A DNA stretch of 64,000 nucleotides, from positions 704,001 to 768,000 of the forward strand of contig OZ219787.1 of the NCBI GenBank assembly GCA_964291285.2. Reading direction: 5' to 3'. This document shows, piece by piece, positions 50,605 through 61,297 of the stretch (position 1 is the first letter of the stretch; every line of letters starts with the position of its first letter). Position numbers and translations under genes: made by a program. Under the pieces are notes generated by a model. That model was given only the letters and a program-made list of their open reading frames with translations, had not been told where the DNA came from and did no database searches. This DNA is from Alphaproteobacteria bacterium (GTDB lineage Bacteria; Pseudomonadota; Alphaproteobacteria; Bin95).

Positions 50605-50865
50605 ATGGAAAATTCCGCTCTCATCACGGCCTGGGCAACAGTCGCGATCCCGCTCGTCACCGGCCTCGGCGCCGCGGCAACCTGCTTCCTCATCTGGCGC
50701 GGCCTTCTGGAGATGCGCCGCTCGTCTGACCAGCGTGCGGAAGACCGCAAGGCCGCGACCGAAGAGCTCAGGACCTGGCGAGATGCGGACCTTCGCCGCC
50801 ATGACGAGGCCATGACAGCACTCCGGGCGCTGATTGCCCGAAATGCGCCTGCGGAGAGCTCCTGA
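50605..50865 (+). CDS. Small N-terminal-TM coiled-coil protein, copy 1
   Basis: MENSALITAWATVAI...RRHDEAMTALRALI; coupled (TGATG) to a 25-aa ORF at 50528..50605 that has a GGAGG RBS. Confidence 0.7.
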   Translation: MENSALITAWATVAIPLVTGLGAAATCFLIWRGLLEMRRSSDQRAEDRKAATEELRTWRDADLRRHDEAMTALRALIARNAPAESS

Positions 50866-51149
50866 TCGACAATCCCGCACTCATCGCAGCATGGGCCACC
50901 GTCGCTATCGCGCTCGTCACCGGCCTCGGCGCCGCGGCGACCTGCTTCCTCATCTGGCGCGGCATTCTCGAGATGCGCCGCTCTTCGAACGAGCGGGCAG
51001 AGGACCGCCGCGAAGCCCGCGACGCCGACCTTCGCCGCCATGACGAGGCCATGGCCGAGGGTCTTCGCCGCCACGACGAGGCCATGACGGCGCTCCGGGC
51101 ACTGATTACCCGCACCGCACCCCCTGGCACCCTCGGCCAGGCCGACTAG
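50865..51149 (+). CDS. Tandem paralog, copy 2 (ATC at the start position)
   Basis: Near-identical to copy 1, with a duplicated LRRHDEAM; TGATC instead of TGATG. Confidence 0.55.
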   Translation: MDNPALIAAWATVAIALVTGLGAAATCFLIWRGILEMRRSSNERAEDRREARDADLRRHDEAMAEGLRRHDEAMTALRALITRTAPPGTLGQAD

Positions 51150-51248
51150 ACACACCCATATCCTCCTCTTGGCCCGGCTGTGATATGCTCCACGCAACAC
51201 ATCGCAGCCCTGCCTCGCTTCACTGGCAACACAACCGCGCAGGTGCCC

Positions 51249-51473
51249 ATGACCGACACCCTCATCAACCGCGACCCTGAAATTCTCGCAGGCACGCCCG
51301 TCTTTGCCGGAACCCGGGTCCCCATCCGAACCCTCATGGACTATCTCGAAGCCGGCGATCCGCTTCACGAGTTTCTCTACGACTATCCGACAGTCTCCCG
51401 CGACCAGGCCGTCGCAGTGCTCCAACGCGCCAAGACCATCCTGACAAGCTCTCCCGATGAAGCTGCTGCTTGA
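51249..51473 (+). CDS. DUF433 antitoxin-like protein
   Basis: DPEILAGTPVFAGTRVPI..L.DYLEAG..L.EFL.DYPTV motif. Confidence 0.92.
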   Translation: MTDTLINRDPEILAGTPVFAGTRVPIRTLMDYLEAGDPLHEFLYDYPTVSRDQAVAVLQRAKTILTSSPDEAAA

Positions 51474-51783
51474 CGAATCCCTTCCCCGCCGCCTCCCCGT
51501 TTTCTTTCCACCCCAATTCGATGTCTTCACAACCCAGATCATGGGCTGGTCAGGCATATCCAACGGAGAACTCTTGCGTCGCGCTGCCGCTCACGCCTTC
51601 GACGCCCTCCTCACCGTAGATCGCGGAATTCAATATCAGCAAAACCTCAACACCATTCCGATAGCCGTCATCATCCTTTTTTCCGTGACCAACCGAATCG
51701 ACGATCTTCGACCCCTGATACCGTCTGCAATAGAACTTCTCCGTTCCAACCCCAGCCCCGGAATTCATAGCGTTTCCCTCTGA
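51457..51783 (+). CDS. DUF5615 PIN-like toxin
   Basis: MKLLLDESLP..MGWSG..NGELL..LLTVDRGI.YQQNL; overlaps the DUF433 gene. Confidence 0.9.
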   Translation: MKLLLDESLPRRLPVFFPPQFDVFTTQIMGWSGISNGELLRRAAAHAFDALLTVDRGIQYQQNLNTIPIAVIILFSVTNRIDDLRPLIPSAIELLRSNPSPGIHSVSL

Positions 51784-54700
51784 TCCCCCTTTGCCCCCTC
51801 CTCCCCCATCAGAGACCAGAAAAGCGGGTTCCTCCCGAATCCAATGACACCGGGCTGCAAAAGCGCCCGGCGCCGCCATTGACCGATCGGGACCCTGCTT
51901 ATGAACGAACTCCCCGCCGCCGTCTCCGGCAGCCCCATCCTCCCCCTCTCGCGCTCCAACGCCAGCCGGACCGGCAACCGCGCCGCCGCCATCTTCGCCG
52001 CGGCCCAGATGCTGCTGCCCATCCTGTCCGCCGGCAGGCCCCTCAGCCCGCCTACGCTCCGCAAAACCATGAGACAGGTCTTCGGGCACCATTCCGGGAG
52101 CTGGCTCTGGAAAGAGGCCTATGAAGCCTCGGAAGCCGCCACCGTCCTCTTCCTGCAGCACTTCGGGCCCGCGCTGGTCAACCACGCCGCCGAAGACGGG
52201 CCGGCCCGCATCCTGGCCATGCTCGAACGCATCTCCGCCCTCGAGCCCTCCCACACAAAGCGGTCCGAGCACCAGGTCCAGCTGCAGCAGTTCTCCACCC
52301 CGCTTCCCCTTGCCTATGTCGCAGCCGCCGCCCTCGATCTTCAGCGCAGCGACATCATCCTGGAGCCCTCCGCCGGCACCGGCATCCTCGCCGCCGCCTG
52401 CCAGCTCCTGACCGGAGACACCCGGCCCGTCCTTCACCTCAACGAGATCGCCGAGACCAGGCACGCCCTACTCGGCAGCCTCTTTCCGGGCGCCTCCATC
52501 ACATCCCACGACGCCGAATCCCTCGCCGACCACATGCCCGGTCTCCATCCTACCGCAATCGCCATGAACCCTCCGTTCTCGGCAACCATCGACGTCGGCC
52601 GCACCAGCCGCCGGGCCGACCTCCGCCACCTCCGCGCCGCCTACGCCATGCTCGCCCCGGGCGGCCGTCTTTCCGCGATCACGTCACCGAACTGCATCCC
52701 GGGCTCCGACGCATGGAACGTCGCCTTCGCCGGACATACGCCGCCCCCGCGCATCCTCTTCACCTCCCTGATCGACGGCCGCCTCTATGCGCGCCGGGGA
52801 ACCACCGTCGACACCCGTCTCACCGTCATCGAGCGATCCGACAAGGCCGCGTTCCGGCTCGATCCTTCCACCCGCGCCTCATCCGCCGCCGAGCTGCTTG
52901 AAGGTCTCGGCCGCAGCCTGCCTCCCCGCCAGCAACCTCCCGCCGCAGGACCGTTCGCCGCTTCGGGGCCTGCCACCGACCTTTTCGGGCAACCCATTGC
53001 CCCTGCTTCCGGCAGACGCGCCCACCTCAGCACGATGCCGCACGAGTGGGGTCCGACCGCGCCACTCACGGTCGAACCCACCGCCGCCAACGACTCCGAC
53101 CCCGCTCCTTCGGCCGGCGCCGGCGCCTACCATCCCTGGCGACCGTCTTCCTTCCGTATATCCGGCGCCGCCGAACACCCGACACCGCTGGTCCAGTCCG
53201 CCGCCATGGCCGCCGTGCGCCATCCCTGTCCCGACTACCGCCCCGAGCTCCCGACCCGCGCGCTCGCCGACGCCCTGCTCTCCGACGCCCAGCTCGAGTC
53301 CATCGTGCTGGCCGGCGCCGCCCACGCCCGCCACCTCCCCGCGCGCTACGGGATCGGCGAAGGCTGGGAAACCATCCACCGCGTCAGCGATTATGAGGAC
53401 GAAGACGACAGCCCCGTCGTGCCTGCAAACTCCAACGAGCCACTTTCAATGCCGGTCCATCTCCGCCGCGGATGGATGCTCGGAGACGGAACGGGGGTAG
53501 GGAAGGGCCGCGAGGTCGCCGCCGTCATCCTCGACAACTGGCTCAAGGGCCGCCGCAAGGCTCTCTGGCTCTCCCAGTCCGACAAGCTCGTCGAGGACGC
53601 CAGGCGCGACTGGGCCTCGGTCGGAGGCGCCGAACACCAGGTCGTGCCGATCTCGAAGTTCCGCCAGGACGCGAAGATCGGCCTCCCCGAAGGCATCCTT
53701 TTCGCCACCTACGCCACGCTCCGCTCACCCGCGCGCGAAGGCAAGCCCTCGCGCCTCGACCAGATCGTCGAATGGCTTGCCGGCTCCCTGCAGGAACACC
53801 GCCGCCACGAATACGAGGGCGTCATCGTCTTCGACGAGGCCCACGCCATGGCCAATGCCGCCGGCACCAAAACCGAGTACCGCGAGACGAAAGGCTCCCT
53901 TCAGGGCCGCGCTGGCCTCCGTCTCCAGAACGCACTTCCGGACGCCCGCATCCTCTACGTCTCCGCTACCGGAGCGTCCACGATTCCGGGCCTCGCCTAC
54001 GCAACCAGGCTCGGCCTCTGGTCCACGGACGACTACCCCTTCAACCGGCGCACCGACTTCGTTGCCGCCATGGAGGCCGGAGGCGTCGCCGCCATGGAAA
54101 TCGTCGCCCGCGACCTGAAGGCCCTCGGCCTCTACCAGGCCCGCGCACTGTCCTACCAGGGCGTCGAGGTCGACATCCTTGAACATCCCCTCACCCCGTC
54201 GCAGCGGCGCATCTACGACAGCTACGCCGAAGCCTTCAAGGTCATCCACTCCAATATCGACAAGGCGCTGGAAGCCACCGGCATCGTCAAGGACAAGGAC
54301 ACCCTCAACAAGCGCGCCAAGGCCGCCGCGCTGTCCGCCTTCGAGGGCGCCAAGCAGCGCTTCTTCGGCCACCTGCTGACGAGCATGAAATGCCCCACCC
54401 TCATCCGCTCGATCCAGGAGGACCTCGACGCCGGGCATTCGGCTGTCGTCCAGCTCGTCTCCACCGGCGAAGCCCTGATGGACCGCCGCATCGCCGAGAT
54501 CCCCGCCTCCGAATGGGACGACCTCTCCATCGACCTCACCCCGCGGGAGACCGTGATCGAGTTCCTGGCCCACTCCTTCCCTGTCCAGCTGCAGCAGGAG
54601 TTCACCGACGACAACGGCAACCTCTACTCCCGGCCCGTCTTCGACGAACAGGGACACGCCGTCCTCTGCCAGGAAGCGATCGCGCGCCGCGAAGCCCTCA

Positions 54701-55015
54701 TCGGCAAACTCGCCGCCCTGCCGCCCGTCGCCTCAGCCCTCGACCAGATCATCCAGCATTTCGGTCACGAGGCCGTCGCCGAAATCACCGGCAGGTCGCG
54801 CCGCGTCCTGCGCATCAGCGACGCCAAAGGAGAACGCCTGGCGCTCCGCAACCGCCCGGCGTCGGCCAATCTCGCCGAGACCTCCGCCTTCATGCAGGGC
54901 GACAAGCGCATCCTCGTCTTCTCCATGGCCGGAGGCACGGGCCGCAGCTACCACGTGTTAGCGACGGTTACAGAGCGCGCCTATTCGCTGACATTTTTCG
55001 GCCGGTTGCGGTTTT

Positions 55016-55888
55016 TCAGTTGATCTGTTGGTCATCGGTTTCGATTGGTTCGCCGGCTCGGTCGCGGATGAGCATGTCGTTCCAGTCCCGGTTGTCGAGT
55101 GCGGGTCGCAGCCGGACGATTCTGGTGTCGTTGCGGGCGAGGCGCCTTGCGGCGTGATCGCCGTTTGTGGTGGCGTCGTATGCACAGAAGATGAGGCGCG
55201 GGTTCCATGCCTCGATCCATTTGGGGACTTTGGTGGCGACGGCGCCGGTGGAGACGGTGGCGCATTCGGTGCGTTTTACCGGGCCGAGGTGGAGGGAGAG
55301 GATGGAGAGTGCGTCGAGGGCGTTGCCGGCCAGGATGACGGCGTGTGGCCATTCGGTCTCCCAGGACATCCAGAAGCCGCCGCCCGCGGTCGTTTTGCGG
55401 TCAGCGGTGACGGTTTCGATGCCGGTAGCCTCGCCGGCGGCGTTTCGGCGGACGAACACGGGGTTGCCGTGAGGGTCGGCATGGACCAGGCCGAGGTCGC
55501 GGCACAGGGTGACGAGCGCGTCCGCGAGGCCGCGCCGCTCGACGAGGTATCGCCGGAGGTTGGGCCAGCGGGGGTCCTTGGCCGGCGCCTGCCGGCGGCC
55601 GCCTGGGGGCATTGAGAGGTCGGACAGTTCGGCGAGGAAGTCGATGGCGTCCGGCGGGGTGCATCCGAGCGCATGGACCGCCAGTTCGATAGCCCCGGCT
55701 CCCTCCTCTGCGCGCAGATGGTCGTAGAACATGAAGCGGTTGATGGAGAGGACCGATCCTGGCCGTCTCCAGCGCACGGCATTGTCGGGATCGCTGCGGT
55801 AGCCGAGGGCTCGGGCGACGGGTTCGAGGGGATAGCCCCGCAGGCTCTCGGCCCGCACCCGCCGCTCGCGGGGGCGGGAGGGATGCAT
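55016..55888 (-). CDS. DUF3991/toprim-like protein inside the IS21 element
   Basis: FYDH..GAGAIEL, YLVERRGL, NPVF, NALDALS, STG, CAYD..GD.AA and DWNDML motifs. Confidence 0.75.
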   Translation of the reverse strand: MHPSRPRERRVRAESLRGYPLEPVARALGYRSDPDNAVRWRRPGSVLSINRFMFYDHLRAEEGAGAIELAVHALGCTPPDAIDFLAELSDLSMPPGGRRQAPAKDPRWPNLRRYLVERRGLADALVTLCRDLGLVHADPHGNPVFVRRNAAGEATGIETVTADRKTTAGGGFWMSWETEWPHAVILAGNALDALSILSLHLGPVKRTECATVSTGAVATKVPKWIEAWNPRLIFCAYDATTNGDHAARRLARNDTRIVRLRPALDNRDWNDMLIRDRAGEPIETDDQQIN

Positions 55889-55890
55889 GG

Positions 55891-56685
55891 CTATGGCGAC
55901 GGGACCGGGTTCGCCTTTCCAGTGCTTTGCCCGGCTTTCGGTCCGCGCCGGCGGCGGCGTTCGGCGCTGCGCTGCTTCTGACGTTCCTCGGCTTCCTTGC
56001 GGCGCCAGGAGTCGCCGTCGATGGCGACGATCTCGGCGTTGTGGACGAGCCGGTCGACGAGGGCGACCAGGCAGGCGGCGTTTGGGAAGGCCTCGCTCCA
56101 CTCGGCGAAGGGGCGGTTCGTGGTGATTATGGTTGAGTTCTGCTGGCTGCGGCTTGAGACGATGTTGAACAGCAGGTCGGCGTGGCGGTTGGAGTAGGAG
56201 AGATATCCGACTTCGTCGATGACCAGCAGGTGCTGTCGGGCGTAGAAGCGCAGCCTGCGCTGGAGCAGGGTGTCGGAGTCGATGGCGGCGAGTTCGCCGA
56301 GCAGGCTGGCGGCGGTTGCGAAGCGCACGATGTGGCCTTCGAGGACGGCGCGGTGGGCGATATTGGCGGCGATGGTGGACTTTCCGACGCCGTTGGGTCC
56401 GACCAGTACGAGGTTTGCGGCCTCCTTGAGGAAGTCGAGGGTCATGAGGTCCTCGACGGCCATGCGGTCGCAGCGCCTTGGCCAGTCCCAGTCGAAGTCT
56501 GCGAGCGGCTTGAACTGTCCGAGGCGGGCGTCGGCGAGGCGGCGTTTGAGGCTTCGGGCGCGCTTCTCATCTTCTTCCCACGCGATCAGGGAGGCGAGCC
56601 AGTCGCGCTCCGCGACTTCGCCCCAATGGGCGAGGAGGCCGTGCAGGCCCAGCGCGCGGGCGCGGTTCATGAGGGTGTCGGTCAT
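55891..56685 (-). CDS. istB: IS21 helper ATPase
   Basis: FDWDWP, GPNGVGKS, LLVIDEVGY, TTNRPF.EW and VDRLVH motifs. Confidence 0.95.
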   Translation of the reverse strand: MTDTLMNRARALGLHGLLAHWGEVAERDWLASLIAWEEDEKRARSLKRRLADARLGQFKPLADFDWDWPRRCDRMAVEDLMTLDFLKEAANLVLVGPNGVGKSTIAANIAHRAVLEGHIVRFATAASLLGELAAIDSDTLLQRRLRFYARQHLLVIDEVGYLSYSNRHADLLFNIVSSRSQQNSTIITTNRPFAEWSEAFPNAACLVALVDRLVHNAEIVAIDGDSWRRKEAEERQKQRSAERRRRRGPKAGQSTGKANPVPSP

Positions 56686-58187
56686 TCTTCGCTGTCCTTT
56701 TCATGGTAGCCGGCCAGCCCGTCGTATCCGCCGAGATCGTGATCGCGCACGGCGATGTCGCGCACGCGCGGGTCCCTGGGCAGGTCGATGGGGATCGGCG
56801 GCGGCCTGTCCTGCAGTTCGCGCCGCCGTGTGAGGCTGAGGCGCACGGCATTGGGATGGGGGACGCCGCGTTCGAGGGCCTCGTCGATGGCGGCTTCGAG
56901 CTCGGCGGCGCCGTATTGGTCGAGCAGGCGCAGCAGGGCGGCGACGGTGGCGCCGATATAAGCGCCGCGGGGGGCGGCCTCGGCGATCAGGCGCTCGCTG
57001 TTGGGCGCGGCCTGGAGCAGCCGGCTCTGCCCGCGCAGGCTGCGGGCGTGACGCTTGCGCCTGACCAGCTCCTCAATGTGTTCGGGGTTCTCGATGCGGG
57101 CCGCCTTGTCGAAGCTGCGCGGATGGCGGGCGATGACCTCCATGCCGTCGAGGATGCGCACCTCTTCCAGCGTCGCGGCCACGGTGAGGGTGCGCCGGAC
57201 ATGGGTATGCGGGACGCTGTAGTCATTGAGGTCGAACCTGGCATAGGGGGTCTTGGCGATCCTGACCTCGACCCTCTCGTCGACGGGGGGACGGTCGTCG
57301 GGCAGCGCCATCAGGGAGCCGCGCTCGCGCTCGAAGGCCTCGCTCACGGTGAGGGAGCGGTCGTCCGGCCAGGGGCGGTCGGCGGCGACGCCCTCGCACC
57401 ACTCCCGGGCCTGGGCGTTGAGATCGTCGAGGTCACGCCAGGCGCGGGCGGCGAAGAAGCTGTCGCGCACATAGCGTATGGCCCGCTCGACGCGGCCCTT
57501 CTCGTTGCCTCGGGCGACCGCGACCGGCTTCGGCAGGAAGCGGTAGGCGCCTGCGAAGTCGAGAAGCCGGGGATTGAAGCGGATGGCGTCGCCGCGCCGC
57601 TCCAGCACGACGCTCTTCAGATTGTCGTACCAGAGCTCGCGGGGCACGCCCTGCCAAGCCTCGAAGGCCTCGACATGGCCGCGCAGGAAGTTGTCCATCC
57701 CGGCGTTGAGGTAGAAGCGCAGGAAGAGGCGGCGCGAGTGGCCGAGCACCATCACGAAGGCCATCAGCGGGCGCTCCGCACGCCCGATCCTCACCTTGCC
57801 GAAGTGGGCCCAGTCGACCTGGGCCTGCTCGCCGGGCAGGGCCTTGAGGCGCAGATAGGCCTCGGCCACCGGCCGCGGACGCTCGGGCGCGATCATGCGC
57901 CGGAAGTGGCTCTCGCACCCCCGGTAACCGCGCTCGACCGCCATCCGGTAGAGCCGGCTGGAGGGCAACTTCGGCCAGACCGCCAGGGTCTGGCGGACGA
58001 AGGGCAGGAACGGATCGATCATCGAAGATCTGCGCCGCTTCTCAGGCGTGGGCGCCCCGGCGGCCGCCACCGCGCGCTCGACCGTGCCGTGGTGGACGCC
58101 GAGCTGGCGCGCGATCGTGCCGATCCGCCACTTCTCGGCAAAATACAGCCGCAGGATCTCGGCCCGGGTCTGCTGGTCGATCGCCAT
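56682..58187 (-). CDS. istA: IS21 transposase
   Basis: HTH, PGEQAQVDW, LWYDNLKS and EKGRVER motifs. Confidence 0.95.
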   Translation of the reverse strand: MAIDQQTRAEILRLYFAEKWRIGTIARQLGVHHGTVERAVAAAGAPTPEKRRRSSMIDPFLPFVRQTLAVWPKLPSSRLYRMAVERGYRGCESHFRRMIAPERPRPVAEAYLRLKALPGEQAQVDWAHFGKVRIGRAERPLMAFVMVLGHSRRLFLRFYLNAGMDNFLRGHVEAFEAWQGVPRELWYDNLKSVVLERRGDAIRFNPRLLDFAGAYRFLPKPVAVARGNEKGRVERAIRYVRDSFFAARAWRDLDDLNAQAREWCEGVAADRPWPDDRSLTVSEAFERERGSLMALPDDRPPVDERVEVRIAKTPYARFDLNDYSVPHTHVRRTLTVAATLEEVRILDGMEVIARHPRSFDKAARIENPEHIEELVRRKRHARSLRGQSRLLQAAPNSERLIAEAAPRGAYIGATVAALLRLLDQYGAAELEAAIDEALERGVPHPNAVRLSLTRRRELQDRPPPIPIDLPRDPRVRDIAVRDHDLGGYDGLAGYHEKDSEE

Positions 58188-58188
58188 C

Positions 58189-58623
58189 TCACTCCCTTCG
58201 CGCCGGGCGCAGGCCCGGATAGACCGCCCGGGCGCAGAACCGCCCGCAGTGATCGCAGCGGAACACTCCGGCGGGACGGTCGGGTCCGAAGGGCCTCCTT
58301 CCCGAGCGCCCCGCCGGCATGCCCGCCACAACAGGACGGCGCGGTGAACGGGTCAAAGGGTGATGCGTCACTTTCTGCGCACGGCGCCCCTCCTCAGGCG
58401 CACGGACGCGACGGCGCTCGCGGTAGCGCCGCTGGCGTTCGGCATGCTTGTGACGGCCCCGCCGGCTGTTCTGGTAGCGACGCCCGGCAAGGCGCAGCGA
58501 GCGCCGCCGCGCCCGGCCGCTGCACGGACGCGAGCAGTAGATGTTGCCGTGGTCGCACCGCCGGCACAGCACAACCTGGCGATGGCACGAAGCGCAGGTG
58601 AACAGGCGGGCGGCGTTCCTCAT
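58189..58623 (-). CDS. Cys-rich, basic small protein upstream of istA
   Basis: CASC..CRRCD.GN.YCSRPC..HAERQRRYR..VTH..CDHCG. Confidence 0.75.
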   Translation of the reverse strand: MRNAARLFTCASCHRQVVLCRRCDHGNIYCSRPCSGRARRRSLRLAGRRYQNSRRGRHKHAERQRRYRERRRVRAPEEGRRAQKVTHHPLTRSPRRPVVAGMPAGRSGRRPFGPDRPAGVFRCDHCGRFCARAVYPGLRPARRE

Positions 58624-60481
58624 CGCAAAGACCGATGAGAACGGGGTGGACCCACGCCCGAACGCCTACGATACTGCGCATACGGGCCGTGCCTTGCATG
58701 GCTCGGGGGGTGCGGCGCCGGTCGTTGCCACCTAGCAAACGGGGCCGGCGCCGCATCGTTCTCAGCAGCCCCAGTCTACCCCCTCGCGCAGCCCGGCGAC
58801 CCCCGCCGACAGCGCCAGGACACCCTCCCCTCGGCAGGCGAAAATATCAACGCGACGGGGGCCGGCGACTCCAGTCGGGCTACGCCCTCCTTCCGTCCCA
58901 GGCCCCCGTCACAAACACCGCCGCACCACAATCACTGCGATCATCACGCCCCGCAAAAACGCGCAACGCCAGCAAATAAGCGCCTTTTACGACCGTCACC
59001 TACACCACGCCGATCTCGGCTCGCCCAATACCGAACGGCGCATCCACTACCTGCTGGAGCCCGGCTGGCGCGCCGACCAGGCGATCCAGGGCCTCGGGCG
59101 CACCCACCGCACCCACCAGGCCTCCGCCCCGCTGTTCCGGCCCGTCACCACCGACGTCAAGGGCGAGCGCAGGTTCATCGCCACCATCGCGCGACGCCTC
59201 GACTCCCTCGGCGCCATCACACGCGGCCAGCGCAACTCCCAGACCTCCATGGGCACCGAAAGCCAGACCCTCTTCCACGAGAGCGACAACCTGGAGAGCC
59301 CCTACGCCAAGGCCGCGCTTCGCCTCCTCTACGGCGCAATCCATCGCGGCATCATCCGGGAATGGTCCGTCAAGCGCTTCCAGGAAGCGACCGGCCTCAA
59401 GATCGAGCATGAGGGCAATCTCAAGGAAGACCTGCCGCCCATGCCCAGGTTCTTGAACCGCCTGCTCGCGCTGCCGATCGACGAGCAGAACCAGCTCTTC
59501 ACCGAACTGGAAACCCGCATCGACGAAAATATCGACCGCGCCAGGGAAGCCGGCACCTACGAAGTCGGCGTCGAGACCATCATCGCGGACTCGCTTGCGA
59601 TCAAGGCCCGCGAGACCCTGTTCGAGCATCCCCGTTCCTCAGCCGTCACCGAGCTCGTCGAGATCGCCCGCCGCGACCGTCTCGTCCCGCTTCCCTCAGA
59701 CGATGCGATCGACATCGCCAGCCGATACGGCGACAACGACGGCCAACCCTTCCTCGTCATCAACTCCAGGTCCCGACGCGCTGCCTTCGTCCTCCCGGCG
59801 CCGTCACGCCTCTTCGACGACGGCGGCGTGCAACGGCGCGTGCGCCTGGTAAGGCCGGCAAGCCACGAAACCATCCCCTACGCCGACCTCCAGGCCTCCA
59901 ACTGGTCCCTCGCCAATGAGGCGCCCTGGCGTATCCACTGGGAACGTGAAATCGCCGGCCTCCCGAGCCACAGGGACTCACGCTTCTGGATCACCTCCGG
60001 CTTGCTTCTGCCCATCTGGAACCGGCTCCCCGACGACAATATGCGCGTCCGCCGGCTCACCGCCGACGACGGCGAACAGCTTATCGGCCGGGTCCTCGAC
60101 GCCGACCAGGTGCGCAAGGTCAGGAAAGCCTTCAATCTCGAAGGAGCCACGGAGCTCACGGGCGAGGAGGCCTACGACGCCATCCTGAACCGGGGGTCCG
60201 CACTGCCGCTGTCCAACGGATGGCGCCTCTCGCGCCGCTCCATCTCCGGCGAGGACCGCATCGAGCTCGAAGGCCCCGACGACACCGACACCGAAGCGCT
60301 CCGCCAGCTCGGCTGCACCGTCGAGCTCATCACATGGCGGGCGCGCATCTTCGTCCCGGCGCCGCACGTGCTGGAACGCATCTTCACCCGCTGGCCCCTC
60401 TCGGCCTAGCGATACCGGAACCGCAAACCCCGAAAGGACCCCGACCCTTCATCCAACCCTGAACCGAAAAGCGCCCGCGCC

Positions 60482-60736
60482 ATGACTCTGCAATCGATCG
60501 GGGCCAACCCCACCTATGCCTTCTGCCCGGCCTACGACTTCGCCGACGAGCCGCAGGAAATCCGCATCGTCTTCCTCGGACACCCCGGCTACATCTCTAC
60601 CAGCCTCACCACCACCAACCTCGAGGAAGCCGAAACCCTCTGCGACAAGCTCAACGCCAAGCTCGGCATATCCCGCGATATCTGGACCGCCCTCATGACA
60701 GCCTCCATGGAAGGCCAACCCCTGCTCTTCAACTGA
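60482..60736 (+). CDS. Hypothetical protein
   Basis: Coding-like; followed by a terminator. Confidence 0.65.
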   Translation: MTLQSIGANPTYAFCPAYDFADEPQEIRIVFLGHPGYISTSLTTTNLEEAETLCDKLNAKLGISRDIWTALMTASMEGQPLLFN

Positions 60737-60756
60737 ACGCCCCTACCCCCAACCGA

Positions 60757-60796
60757 AAAGCCCCGCCGCCTTCTTCAGGCCGCGGGGCTTCTTTTG
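60757..60796. terminator. Bidirectional terminator
   Basis: AAAAGCCCCGC...GCGGGGCTTCTTTT between convergent genes. Confidence 0.75.
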
Positions 60797-60834
60797 CTGC
60801 GCCAACAGGGCATCGGCGCCGGCTCCTCTCGCGT

Positions 60835-61155
60835 CTATTCCCCTCTGCGCTCCCAGACCAGACCCGTTTCCCCATAGTAGCGCTCCGCCGCCCTGTCGCG
60901 CGCATCCCTCAACGCCCCCACCCTCTCTACAGAAGCCTGCTCGCCCTCCGCCTCCACCACCCGTTCGTCCAACATGGACACGAGGTCATGCAGCACCGGC
61001 CCCCGGTCCGGTTTCGCCACATCGCCTCCAGCCTCTTCCATGATCTTCAGCGTCGCATCGATCATCTTGTCCACCGCTTCCTGCACATTTGCCCCAGTTT
61101 GATCCGACCCCAAACTATTGCCATTATCCTGTCCGTTCCGAATTTCCTCGACCAT
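60835..61155 (-). CDS. Small helical protein resembling the N-domain of the adjacent DUF2493 protein
   Basis: GGAG RBS; DRGPVLHDLV and AAERYYGETGLVW resemble DRGELLYGFV and ASISYENLTGLTW. Confidence 0.6.
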   Translation of the reverse strand: MVEEIRNGQDNGNSLGSDQTGANVQEAVDKMIDATLKIMEEAGGDVAKPDRGPVLHDLVSMLDERVVEAEGEQASVERVGALRDARDRAAERYYGETGLVWERRGE

Positions 61156-61297
61156 CGCGCTTCTCCCCGTATCAAAGTCGGTACAATCACTATTCTCCAA
61201 ATATAATTATTCAGTCAACACAATTCGTTCGATTCTTGACAGGTTCCATCTACTCGATTCCTATAGTTAATAGGAATGGCGCCGAGGAAATCGAACT

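Larger units (their letters stand above)
54956..59004 (-). mobile_element. IS21-like element with two extra genes
   Basis: TG...CA ends, imperfect ~40-bp IRs (TGTTAGCGACGGT.. / TGTAGGTGACGGT..), 5-bp duplication CCACG (54951-55, 59005-09). Confidence 0.92.
51901..60409 (+). pseudogene. Strawberry-notch-like methylase/helicase split by an IS21-like element
   Basis: QQFSTP, LEPSAGTG, NPPF, LGDGTGVGKG and FDEAH motifs; GGTGRSYH|ADLG..LLEPGWRADQAIQGLGRTHRT rejoins in frame. Confidence 0.93.
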
